From: a bacterium
GTDB lineage: Bacteria > Zhuqueibacterota > Zhuqueibacteria > Zhuqueibacterales > Zhuqueibacteraceae
Direction: 5' to 3'
DNA: 25,264 bases
Assembly (NCBI GenBank): GCA_044869275.1
Contig: JBIOXB010000236.1
Location: 1 to 25,264, forward strand
Of this stretch, positions 10,643-20,071 are shown one piece after another. Positions within the stretch are counted from its first letter, which is position 1. Each line of letters begins with the position of its first letter. The notes under the pieces are model-generated. The model ran no database searches. It was not told the DNA's origin and saw nothing but the letters and a program-made list of their open reading frames with translations. The position numbers and the translations under genes were made by a program.

Positions 10643-12811
10643 CTATTTGATCAAGAGCAGTTTCCTGCTGCTTGTAAAACTGCCGGCCCGCAAAAGATAC
10701 ACGTACAAGCCGCTCGGCAAGTTGTCGGCAGGATGCCACTCCACTTCATAGGCACCTGCCGCTTTGCTGGCGTGCACCAGCGTGGCCACTTCCTGGCCGG
10801 TGAGATTATAAATTTTCAATTCAACCTGTGCCGGCTTGGCGAGCGTGTAGCGAATTGTGGTGGAGGGATTGCAGGGGTTGGGATGGTTCTGCGCCAATGA
10901 GAACGATCCCGGCATGCCGGCGCCGCGTTCAGTCACGGCACTTATTACCGGTACGCTAAGAAAGACTCCGCCACTGGTTCCGGCGATAATATGGCCATCC
11001 GGCGCATGAACCAGCGTGTTCACGAATCTTTTGTTCAAACCGCTACTGACATCGGTCCAACTCTCCCCATTGTCCGTGGAAAGAAAAATCCTCTGATCAA
11101 AGCCGCCAGTGCCCGCCAAAATGTGCGTGCGTGAAATGGCCAGAAGCGCAGAAATGACGGGATACAAGCTCGAACCCAGCGGCCACCAAGTTTCTCCGCT
11201 GTCTCCAGAGCGAAAGATGCCGCCGCCTGCCGTGCCGGCGAGCAGATACCCGCTGGGATTGATCTCCAAACAGGAGATTTGTGGATAGGTCAGGCCGGTG
11301 TTGCTCGGCGACCAACTCTCGCCATTGTCGCGAGAGAGGAAGACTCCACTGCCAAACGTGCCGGCGACAATTAATCCGTCGGCACGAATGGCGAGCGACC
11401 ATGCCGCAAGATTCGTCAAGCCAGAATTCACGGGTACCCAATTCTCTCCGTCTCTGGATCGAAAGACACCATTCGAGCGCGTACCCGCAAACAGATCGTG
11501 CGTGAGCGGATGAAGAGCGAGTGCTATCACCACATCTTGCAAACCGGCACTGGCAAGTTCCCACGAGCCGCCGTTCCGGGAGCGAAAGATTGCACCTCCG
11601 CCGCTGAATCCCCCGGTGCCTGCAAAAAGATCGCCTTGTGCATTCAGAAGAAGCGTTCTGACATAAGCATTGGTCAGGCCATTGGAGAAGGGCAGCCAGG
11701 ATGCGCCACTATTCGAGGTGAGAAACACTCCCGCGCCGTAGGCGCCCGAAAAAATCTGCCCATCCGGGTCAATGGCAAATGCGGAACTCGGGCTCGGTAC
11801 CATGCCATAGTTGGCGCTTCTCCAGCTCGCAGCGTTATCTTGGGAGCGAAAGACACCGCTATCTTCGGTTCCGGCGAATATCTGTTGGCTGGAGTTGAGC
11901 ACCAGGGCGCGCACGCGCGGGTTCAGCAGACCGTTACTGGCCGGCGTCCAACTGTTGGCGCTATCTGTTGACCGGAAAACGCCGCCAGGTGTTCCCGCAA
12001 AAATCTCCCCACTGGCATTGAGAGCGAGGGTATTCACCACTTGATTGAGCAAACCAGTACTGGCCGGCACCCAATTATCGCCGTCGTCTATGGACCGAAA
12101 GACGCCACCTCCAAAAGTACCTGCGAACAGCACGCCACTGGGCTCGGCTGCTATCGCAGACACGCTCAGGTGCGCCAGCCCGGCATTGATTTGGGTCCAA
12201 CTGTTGCCGTTGTCCCTCGACCGGAACATGCCCTCGGCAGCAGTGCCGGCAAAAATGTGGTCGCCGGCGTCAATCAACTGCACCCGCACAGAGCTGGAGG
12301 TCAAGCCGTTGTTGACGGCAGTCCAGCTTCCGCCGCTTTCGGTCAAGCGAAAGATACCTTGCGTGTTCACGCTCGCAAACATATGCCCGCTCGAATTGAG
12401 AGCAAGCGCGAGCACCGAGTTCGGCGGCAGTCCCGTACCCAAAGCGCTCCAAGTATCGCCGTTGTCTGTGGAGATGAAAACACCGCCGGCCCCAAGGAAC
12501 ACACGCCCGCGCTGGTCGGTGGTGATTGCGGTGACGAGGCTATTCGTTGTGCTGAAATCCAGCGCTGTCCAGCTCTCGCCTTTATCCGTGGAGCGGAAAA
12601 GCCCCTCGAAGCGGATGCTGGCGAAGAGGTAGTCGTTACTTGGACTGACGGCTAGGGCCTCGACGATTCCTCCGCCATATGGTCCGTCTGTGGCTTGCCA
12701 AAAGTTTTGCGCAGCGATCTTGGAGGGGACGAGACACCAAATGACAAACAAAACGGCGAGAATTCCGTGGAGACTGCGCGGGTGGCACGAATGCATTCGT
12801 TCTGGGCGCAT
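10643..12811 (-). CDS. Secreted Asp-box/BNR beta-propeller protein with C-terminal secretion-type Ig domain (T9SS type A/FlgD-like)
   Basis: SD AAGGAG before ATG 12811; signal peptide; about 13 SxDxGxSW-type repeats; C-terminal 'SFSLAQNHPNPCNPSTTIRY...SGLYVYLL...RKLLLIK'. Confidence 0.85.
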   Translation of the reverse strand: MRPERMHSCHPRSLHGILAVLFVIWCLVPSKIAAQNFWQATDGPYGGGIVEALAVSPSNDYLFASIRFEGLFRSTDKGESWTALDFSTTNSLVTAITTDQRGRVFLGAGGVFISTDNGDTWSALGTGLPPNSVLALALNSSGHMFASVNTQGIFRLTESGGSWTAVNNGLTSSSVRVQLIDAGDHIFAGTAAEGMFRSRDNGNSWTQINAGLAHLSVSAIAAEPSGVLFAGTFGGGVFRSIDDGDNWVPASTGLLNQVVNTLALNASGEIFAGTPGGVFRSTDSANSWTPASNGLLNPRVRALVLNSSQQIFAGTEDSGVFRSQDNAASWRSANYGMVPSPSSAFAIDPDGQIFSGAYGAGVFLTSNSGASWLPFSNGLTNAYVRTLLLNAQGDLFAGTGGFSGGGAIFRSRNGGSWELASAGLQDVVIALALHPLTHDLFAGTRSNGVFRSRDGENWVPVNSGLTNLAAWSLAIRADGLIVAGTFGSGVFLSRDNGESWSPSNTGLTYPQISCLEINPSGYLLAGTAGGGIFRSGDSGETWWPLGSSLYPVISALLAISRTHILAGTGGFDQRIFLSTDNGESWTDVSSGLNKRFVNTLVHAPDGHIIAGTSGGVFLSVPVISAVTERGAGMPGSFSLAQNHPNPCNPSTTIRYTLAKPAQVELKIYNLTGQEVATLVHASKAAGAYEVEWHPADNLPSGLYVYLLRAGSFTSSRKLLLIK

Positions 12812-12954
12812 GGGTTGCTCCTTGTACTCACAACTCGGCGGGGGAGAAGCAACTGCACAGATAACTTCTGCCCTGTCACCGTGCAAAACGCTGGCAGCAT
12901 GCTGCCCCGGCCGTCATATCGCATGGCTCAGACTGACCACGCTTGGTTTCAACG

Positions 12955-13041
12955 CCGGCTGAGCTTGTCGAAGCCGGATTCCTGAACTTAGCACCCTTCG
13001 ACAAGGTCAGGGTACGGCATTCTCACGTTTTCACACAGTCT
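12955..13041. repeat. CCCTTCGAC..CTCAGGG palindromic repeat ending in TTTTCACACAGTCT, copy 1
   Basis: CTGAGCTTGTCGAAG (12959-12973) / CTTCGACAAGGTCAG (12996-13010) IR with one mismatch; 12983-13041 recurs at 24528-24587. Confidence 0.75.
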
Positions 13042-13215
13042 GGCTGCTGCCTGACCACGCTTGCATGATACGCAATTCCAGCGAAAATATCCATCATCGA
13101 ACATGCTATTTTCACCGGCGTGGATGAGCCGCAATCGAAGCTTCGAGATTACTATTCAGGTCTAGAATGAAAGGCAAAACTATTTAGGGCAAAACAATTA
13201 AATGATAAAACTGTT

Positions 13216-13357
13216 TTGACAATGTTAAGTTGGCTAAAAAAACCTCTAGTCTTTGTCATGCTGTAAGCATCTTCCCTAGGTTTGTGTGCAAGCCCCATGG
13301 GAAGATGCTTACAGCATGACAAATTGAGAGGGCGCGATTTTAACTTAACATTGTCAA
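13216..13357. repeat. Modular TGTC-tagged palindromic element, copy 2
   Basis: Perfect 16-bp terminal IR (13216-13231 / 13342-13357) and perfect 25-bp inner IR (13252-13276 / 13299-13323). Confidence 0.9.
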
Positions 13358-13393
13358 GCTATTTCACAGCGTTAAGTTGGCTTGAACAAGAGC

Positions 13394-13744
13394 ATCCTCA
13401 GCCGGGTAATGGCGGTTGGCAGCTTTCAAGGCGCGTTACACGGCCGTGTAATGACGGGTAAACCTTCCCAATCGCGGATACGACGGCGAGTAATGGTGGA
13501 TAAGAGCTTTCACGGCGCTTTACCACACGGGGGAATGGCGCATAATTGCCCGCAAAACAGATTTCCCCGCCGGGGAATGGCGGGAGAAGGCATCCAAACG
13601 CGACTGCATCGCCGTATCATGGCGTGAGAAAGCCATTACCCGGCTTTACCCGGCGGGTGAGTGGCATCGGAAAGCTTTTGACCGCCTCTTCCCCGCCGTG
13701 TAATCAACTTTAGAAGCCTCAACAGCCATTACACGGCCGAATAC
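13394..13744. repeat. Degenerate 42-bp tandem array (8 units plus a partial) with palindromic cores
   Basis: Cores start at 13394, 13436, 13478, 13520, 13562, 13604, 13646, 13688 (exact 42-bp spacing) and 13729; best core TTACACGGCCGTGTAA is a perfect palindrome. Confidence 0.85.
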
Positions 13745-13901
13745 TGTAATTTCACAAACAGGGTCGTTGTATTTTATGCTTTATCTAACCTGGTCGACGA
13801 CGGCTGCTGGCGGGATATAGCGCGAAAGCGCGTCTGCTACGGGCATTGCCTTAGAGCCGCCGCACGCAGAGGCGGAAAAATCCAGTATCCAGCACCCAGC
13901 C

Positions 13902-16900
13902 TCACTTCATCAACACCGCCTTGCGTACCTGCACAAGCCCTCCGGTCTGCAGCTTGATGAAATAAACTCCCGAGCTCTGTTCCTGTGCCTGCCACACCGC
14001 GCTGTGCTGGCCAGCCGGCTGGCGCTCGTCCACCAGCAATGCGACCCGCTGCCCGCGCAGGTCATAAATCGCCAACTGCACATGCCCGTCTTGCGGTAGC
14101 GCGTAAAAAATCTGCGTTATGGGATTGAAGGGATTGGGAAAGTTCTGCAGCAGTGAGTAATCCGTGGGACGAATGCCCGCCTCGGCCTGCTGCGCCTGCA
14201 CAAAATCTGCAGGACCCACCAGCAGCGTGAACCGCCGCGATCCCGAATTTTTCGCTACAAATTCGAGTTTGGCATGTCGCCGCAGATCGAAGGCCGTCGG
14301 TGCGGCGACGTCGAGCAAGAATACTTCATGCGTCAATGGCAACGTGGCAATGCCGGCAAACGATAAAGTGAAGACTTCCTCGCCCGGGTGCGCCTGTACG
14401 CTGAACTGCCAAACGTGCCCTGTTGGCGAAGGCGGCCGCACATCGGCCTGCAGAGGTTCGCGCGAATCTGTACTCTCAAAGGATAGGGTCACTTGTTCCG
14501 CCAGCGCGAAGGGCCGATGCAAATCCAGTGCATCAACGCCCGCGGTTGCGGCCTCGTGCTGGCCGACAAAATTGCAGCGGCTCGCGCTGCGGCCATTGTC
14601 CGCGGTGATTTGGATCAGCCAGTTTTCGGGCGTGTTGTGCGCCACATTGTAAAACGAAGCCGAGCCGTTCAACCCGGCAAGCCCGGGCCGAATCGTCAAT
14701 GTCGCCGGCTGGCTCAGCCACAGGGCATAGCCGCCCCACGGCTCCAAGCCCTGCGTGTTGATTTGCCAATCGCCCTCGAAACTCCACAGCTCAAACGTGC
14801 CGGCGGAGGTGCGTACGCTGTCCAACGGAATGTTATAGTTGAATGGATTGCCGATCAGATTCCAGCCTTGCGGTAGGCTCACGGCGTAAGGCGCGGTCGT
14901 GGGCACGGTCATGCCGCTGCCGCTTCTCAATTTCACGTTCCTGAGGTTGGCCAACAGCGCGAAGCCCATGTCCGGCAAGAGCGTGATCGTGCTGAAATTT
15001 GGAAATTCGCGCAACATTGCACTGGCACGGTCAAAACCGTACCAACGATACTTGGACGGATCTGCTGCACTCAACGCCGGAATGTTGTCCAAAAAAGCTT
15101 GCGGCGATTTGTTGTCGAGATCGAGCGGCACCGAGAACAGGCCATATTCACTCGCGCTGCTGCCCTGGGGTTGCACCGTGGATTTGCTGATACCGTTGGG
15201 ACAAAACACGCGCACGGGATAGCGGCTGGAGTTGGCAACGTTGCCGTAATTGTCCGTGGCTTGCACGTAAAATTCCACGCCGCGTGTATTGACTGCCGCC
15301 CCGGGAATATCGGCGCTGTGCAGCGCTCCGCTTTGCAGCAGCATCGGACGATTGGCAAAAGCGGCATCCCCGCCGGAACGGTAAAACAGCTTCACGCTTT
15401 GCAGGCCATAGGCATCGCTGGCATTGATCGCAATGCTGACCGCGGCATTGAGCGTGGCCGTGGGCAGGGAGGAGGCCAGGGCGATTTGTGGCGGAGTGAC
15501 GTCGGCAAAGGGCGTAGCCGAGGCTTCTGAGGAAGGCTGGCTTTCATGCCGGGCCGCATCCACCGCCGTGACATGAAAATAGTACGTCGTTCCGTTTGAC
15601 AATCCTGCCAGCGTTTTGGTGGTGCCGCCCGCGGCCAGGGAATCTCTCTTGCTGAACGCAACGCCGTCGATGGAAGAATAAATACGATAGCGCAGCAAAT
15701 CGCTTTCGGCATTGGCGTTCCACGTGAGCGTGACAGTGCCGACGCTGGCAACGGCTTGCAAGTTTTGAGGAGCTGCCGGCGGCGGATCTGGGCTTTGCGG
15801 CGTGGCGCTCACTTCGACGGAAGGCGCACTCGCATTGAGCGCCAAATCCACCGCGCGCAAACGAAAATAATACGTGACGCCATTTTGCAATCCCGTGATG
15901 ATTTTGCTGGTATTGTTTATGCCATTGACCGAATCTCGCAGGGTGGTTGCGCCGCTAAAAGTTCCGCCAGAGATGCGATAGCGCACAAAATCGGCTTCCG
16001 TGTTCGGATTCCAATTGAGCGTCACCTGCCCGTTGCCGGCAGTGGCGCGCACGTTTTGCGGCGGCGCGGGGGCAGGGTCGTTGACGCCTGCGACGACATG
16101 GATTTCATTCGAAAACGCGCTTTCCATCAAGCCCGTGTTCACGGCGGTGAGGCGGAAGTAATAATTTTGTCCCGGAAGCAAATTGCGCGCGGTATAAGAA
16201 GTATTGGCCGCGCCGTCAACGGAATCGATTTTCGTGGTGGGATTGGCCGTGGTACCGCCATAAATGCGATAGCGCTGGAAATCGGATTCGGTGTTGGCGT
16301 CCCAGAACAGATCAGCTTCGTTGGCGCTGACGAGGTAGCTGAGGTTGCGAGGGGCGGCGGGTTGATTGGCGAATGCTTCGGTTACGGTCAACAGTTGATT
16401 TGCGGAGACGTCATTTAAGTTTTGAACGATACCGGATGGCCATTCGATTCTTATCGAATTGACCAAACTTGCATTCCCTAACCCGAAATGTTGTACGAAG
16501 TCATTTTGTGTATTGTATCCCTTGCCAGCATCTATTTGGCGATACTGTTTCTTGCCTTGAATCGTAATTTCAATCCAAGATCCAACAGCGAACCTATTGG
16601 ATTGAGTACCGATTAGCTTTAGCTTCAACCAATTACCACTTGACGTTGTGTTGCGATATAAACGATCTTGCACTTCATTTGCATCCGTTCCAATGTAGAG
16701 ATCTATTTTTCCATCGCCATCGAAGTCGGAAACTGCCAAAGTTAGCGATGAAAGAAGTGTATCTATTCCTGCCGAAGCACTAACATCCACAAAGCTGCCA
16801 TTCCCAATACTTCGATAAATCGAAACATTCCTATTGGTCCGATTGGGAAGAAAAACCAAATCCAGCGCGCCATCGTTGTCGAAATCCGCAAAAGCGCTTC

Positions 16901-17819
16901 CTCGAAAATGCGATGTAGTTGGATTCAATCCTGAAAGCGCGGTAGCCTCAACAAATGAATTGCTCTCATTCTTGAGCAGACGCAATGGCCCAACGTCATC
17001 ATTATTCCCGATTAGTAGGTCAAGATCACCATCATTGTCGTAATCAGCAAACTCTGCACTATGCGAATAATCAGAATCGAGCGCCACTCCAATGGCCATG
17101 GCAATTTCTGTGAACATCGGCCCATCATTCCGAAAAAAATAGTTTCTTGTCGGACCAGTGTTTGGCACTATTATATCAAGATCGCCATCGCGATCATAAT
17201 CACCGGCAGCAATCCCCCTGGTATCGCTGAACAATCCATTTACACCAACATTTGCCGTTAAATTGTTGAATGTTCCATTACCTTGATTCTTTAAAAAGTA
17301 ATTGGAAGGCTCTTGCACAGTGCCAAGAAACAGATCCAGATAGCTATCGTTGTCGAAATCAAACCAAGTGGTTGAAAGAACACGCGCGCTTATATTAGCC
17401 ACTTTTGAGGCTGTTGAGATATCTTCAAACTGGCCTCCTCCGCTGTTTCTAAACAAGAAGCACGGTCTTGGGCTCTGCTCCGCCTCTCCGCCAACAAACA
17501 AATCTAAATCTCCATCATTATCATAATCTCCAAGTACACCAGCATACATAACTTCGTTAGTGGGAAGAGATGCGAGGCGTGGCATTAAACTAAATGTGCC
17601 GTCTCCATTGTTGAAATATAGCTGATTCCCGCTGTTTTCGATGATCAAAATATCCGGCTTTCCATCTCCGTTTATGTCGGTGAAAGCGGCTGAGTTGGTA
17701 TTGCCAGAATTGGCAAGGCCAGCGGTAGCAGTGACGTCCTCAAATGAAAAGCCGCTTTGTTGAGCTCTCAAGCTCCCACCCAAGAGAAGGAATATTGCTG
17801 TGAAAAGTGTTTTTTTCAT
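13902..17819 (-). CDS. Large secreted protein: FG-GAP/VCBS repeats + ASPIC/UnbV (CRTAC1-like), three FN3 domains, C-terminal secretion-type Ig domain
   Basis: Signal peptide 'MKKTLFTAIFLLLGGSLRA'; seven DxxxDGxxD-type repeats; 'NWLKLKLIGTQSNRFAVGS...QHFGLG...IEWPSG'; three 'PAAPxNL...YYF.. AV' FN3 units; 'YSLLQNFPNPFNP...SGVYF' tail. Confidence 0.9.
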   Translation of the reverse strand: MKKTLFTAIFLLLGGSLRAQQSGFSFEDVTATAGLANSGNTNSAAFTDINGDGKPDILIIENSGNQLYFNNGDGTFSLMPRLASLPTNEVMYAGVLGDYDNDGDLDLFVGGEAEQSPRPCFLFRNSGGGQFEDISTASKVANISARVLSTTWFDFDNDSYLDLFLGTVQEPSNYFLKNQGNGTFNNLTANVGVNGLFSDTRGIAAGDYDRDGDLDIIVPNTGPTRNYFFRNDGPMFTEIAMAIGVALDSDYSHSAEFADYDNDGDLDLLIGNNDDVGPLRLLKNESNSFVEATALSGLNPTTSHFRGSAFADFDNDGALDLVFLPNRTNRNVSIYRSIGNGSFVDVSASAGIDTLLSSLTLAVSDFDGDGKIDLYIGTDANEVQDRLYRNTTSSGNWLKLKLIGTQSNRFAVGSWIEITIQGKKQYRQIDAGKGYNTQNDFVQHFGLGNASLVNSIRIEWPSGIVQNLNDVSANQLLTVTEAFANQPAAPRNLSYLVSANEADLFWDANTESDFQRYRIYGGTTANPTTKIDSVDGAANTSYTARNLLPGQNYYFRLTAVNTGLMESAFSNEIHVVAGVNDPAPAPPQNVRATAGNGQVTLNWNPNTEADFVRYRISGGTFSGATTLRDSVNGINNTSKIITGLQNGVTYYFRLRAVDLALNASAPSVEVSATPQSPDPPPAAPQNLQAVASVGTVTLTWNANAESDLLRYRIYSSIDGVAFSKRDSLAAGGTTKTLAGLSNGTTYYFHVTAVDAARHESQPSSEASATPFADVTPPQIALASSLPTATLNAAVSIAINASDAYGLQSVKLFYRSGGDAAFANRPMLLQSGALHSADIPGAAVNTRGVEFYVQATDNYGNVANSSRYPVRVFCPNGISKSTVQPQGSSASEYGLFSVPLDLDNKSPQAFLDNIPALSAADPSKYRWYGFDRASAMLREFPNFSTITLLPDMGFALLANLRNVKLRSGSGMTVPTTAPYAVSLPQGWNLIGNPFNYNIPLDSVRTSAGTFELWSFEGDWQINTQGLEPWGGYALWLSQPATLTIRPGLAGLNGSASFYNVAHNTPENWLIQITADNGRSASRCNFVGQHEAATAGVDALDLHRPFALAEQVTLSFESTDSREPLQADVRPPSPTGHVWQFSVQAHPGEEVFTLSFAGIATLPLTHEVFLLDVAAPTAFDLRRHAKLEFVAKNSGSRRFTLLVGPADFVQAQQAEAGIRPTDYSLLQNFPNPFNPITQIFYALPQDGHVQLAIYDLRGQRVALLVDERQPAGQHSAVWQAQEQSSGVYFIKLQTGGLVQVRKAVLMK

Positions 17820-17980
17820 TTTGACACGAACTGGAGTTGTGTGTGACTCGCGGTAACGCTTCAACTAGTAAATGCTGCGCCTTCTTAGCCTAATACAGCC
17901 TTTGCCCGGTGTTCTCAAGACGGGAATTGCACGTCTGTTGAATTTGAGTTATAAATGAACGCATGAGCTATCTTCTGCTT

Positions 17981-18922
17981 TTAAAACAGATTTGCTTGTG
18001 TCGTCTCTGAAGCATCAACACTCTCATCATTGGGGAAATACTCCTTAGGCGCAAATAAAAATTCATTTTCGGGGTCATGCCTTTGAAAACGACTTTGAGC
18101 TAGGGGTCGATTCAGCACAGCATAGCAATAAACACAACCATGTGGGCAGGTATCATATTCGCCGATATCTTTAGACATGAAACAGCCACAAGCAGGGCGA
18201 TTACCCTTTAATTTACTTTTTATTGAATGACCAGAAATTTCTGCGAGACGGTTTGCGTCTACACAACGAGCCTCGGATACACCAGGAGCTAAGAACTCTT
18301 TCTGTGCACACATGGACAATTGAATGTTATGCGATTTTGCCATCTGGGCTAATTCTGCCGCCAAATTGTATTTGAGTTCTACTTGCGGGTCTTCCCAATC
18401 GAAGCCAAATTCTTTTGATGCCCAGTCCATGTTTCTTTTTGTCTTCTTATAAATTTGGGCAAACGAAATAACTACTTCATCAGTAGCCCCTTCAAGCCTT
18501 CTTGCCAAGTCGGAAAAATTGCGACGGTGGAAATCAATCGGGGTAAGAGATGAAAAAACTATGGTATCGTATCGCCAAACTCCAATTTTTGGCCCATAGG
18601 TTTCGGATATTTGTTTCATATGTTCTATTGAGCGTTTAGCGTCAACCACTGAAAATTCCAAGGAACGTGGATATCCATTTATTGTATATTGCACCATGAA
18701 AGGATATCCTTTCTGATGCACTTCAGCCAAATGTTTCAGGAACGGACCTATATTTTTCGTCCAGAATACAAATCCATCTACTGTATCACGAGTTAAGTTA
18801 ACGCGATACGATTTTCTGTTGTATGGGTTAATCATCCGGCAAAAACCAGCGCGCAATCGCTTTATGAACCACTCGCCGTAGAAGGCCGGTATGTCTGTCT
18901 TGTAACTAGCTGAAATGATCAT
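17981..18922 (-). CDS. DUF1848 family protein (radical-SAM-like, C-terminal CxxxCxxC)
   Basis: N-terminal 'MIISASYKTDIPAFYGEWF', 'FVFWTKN', 'WRYD', C-terminal 'CGC..SKDIGEYDTCPHGCVYCYA'. Confidence 0.88.
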   Translation of the reverse strand: MIISASYKTDIPAFYGEWFIKRLRAGFCRMINPYNRKSYRVNLTRDTVDGFVFWTKNIGPFLKHLAEVHQKGYPFMVQYTINGYPRSLEFSVVDAKRSIEHMKQISETYGPKIGVWRYDTIVFSSLTPIDFHRRNFSDLARRLEGATDEVVISFAQIYKKTKRNMDWASKEFGFDWEDPQVELKYNLAAELAQMAKSHNIQLSMCAQKEFLAPGVSEARCVDANRLAEISGHSIKSKLKGNRPACGCFMSKDIGEYDTCPHGCVYCYAVLNRPLAQSRFQRHDPENEFLFAPKEYFPNDESVDASETTQANLF

Positions 18923-18923
18923 C

Positions 18924-19838
18924 TTAGATTTTTCTACCTATGCTGTAAACAACATTCCAACTGATGCGAGGATGTTTGCGTGTACTTATAGCTGCATATA
19001 TCGCCCTAAGATCTCGGGGGTCCTCGTCTTCAAGTGATTCACATTTGGATTCAATGAATGGGGACAAAATTAGTCCAGCATCTCTTGCTATAGCTGCCAT
19101 ACGATCTTCCCACATGCCACCACGCCTTTCAATAAAAACAAAATGTGCATCCCTGGGGGCAGATCCGGAGATTTTGCTAAGAAATGCACGTAATCCAGGA
19201 TCATCATAGAAAATCTCTGAAAGAAGAAAATTGACAACATAAATGTCGTGAGTCCAAACATCTCCAAATTGAGTCAATCCTTCTAATTGAGTAACATCAC
19301 GGGTTAAAAAATCCCCTGCTGGAATCATTGGCCACTTTTCACGCATATTACCGTAAAGTTGAAGAAAAGTATTATGGACTTCGTCTCTTATCCTATACCA
19401 GGAATTACGCCATTCTTCTACTTTATCTAAGAGTTGAAAGTCAACACTAACGGCGAATCCAAGGCGTTTTTCGTCAAAGAATTTGGCCATAGCTAACAAC
19501 TCTGTACCGGGCCCAGCTCCAAGAGCGCATATTTTTATTTGACAACGTTCGTTTGCGACTCTCAAAATGTAGTTTCTTAAGTCCTCATTAGTTTCAATGA
19601 CATGCTTAAACGTCGATGCATTAGCTCCAGCAACAATATATAGATACGCAAGCCGGCAATCTGGATTTTGGTAATTTAAATTGGGAACCCGGTTGGAGTA
19701 CCACTCCTGGTGGTTGCGTTCAGCTTCTGCTACAATTCGATTGTGAATATCATTTATAGAAATCCTTTCTTGCCCGGCAGCAAACTCTACCATCTTGTCA
19801 ATGACGGGGGCGAGTAATCTAAAGAATTTGATCGACAT
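18924..19838 (-). CDS. Hypothetical protein, probable class I SAM-dependent methyltransferase fold
   Basis: Glycine-rich motif I 'ICALGAGPGTE', acidic 'LLDK' after the next strand, 'VVNFLLSEI'; 304 aa, low GC; stop is 1 bp from the DUF1848 ATG. Confidence 0.65.
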   Translation of the reverse strand: MSIKFFRLLAPVIDKMVEFAAGQERISINDIHNRIVAEAERNHQEWYSNRVPNLNYQNPDCRLAYLYIVAGANASTFKHVIETNEDLRNYILRVANERCQIKICALGAGPGTELLAMAKFFDEKRLGFAVSVDFQLLDKVEEWRNSWYRIRDEVHNTFLQLYGNMREKWPMIPAGDFLTRDVTQLEGLTQFGDVWTHDIYVVNFLLSEIFYDDPGLRAFLSKISGSAPRDAHFVFIERRGGMWEDRMAAIARDAGLILSPFIESKCESLEDEDPRDLRAIYAAISTRKHPRISWNVVYSIGRKI

Positions 19839-20071
19839 TTGAACACCGTCCTAGCTAAAATGAGTTTTGTACTTTGGCACTCTGATGACCGAATGAATCC
19901 TTGATCGAGTTTTGGGATTGAACACAGAATAACCGATCACACTTACACCATGAGCAATCCACAGCCACTTTTCCAAAAACGCTTTCACCAGATTTTGTGT
20001 AACAACCTTAAGCGTGAAAGACTTGCCCGCAATTGTCGTGCGCTGCCAGAATCTATCAGAAAACATAAAAT

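Noticed and set aside
13343..13377. Integron attC site (ACTTAAC...GTTAAGT)
   Set aside because: Only 35 bp, shorter than known attC sites; better explained as two abutting element ends; no integrase
13382..13627. 81-aa ORF with 14-aa periodicity
   Set aside because: TTG start without SD, and the repeat continues past in-frame stops; probably a by-product of the DNA array
13394..13744. CRISPR array
   Set aside because: Repeats too degenerate, spacers only 21 nt and similar to each other, no cas genes in the window
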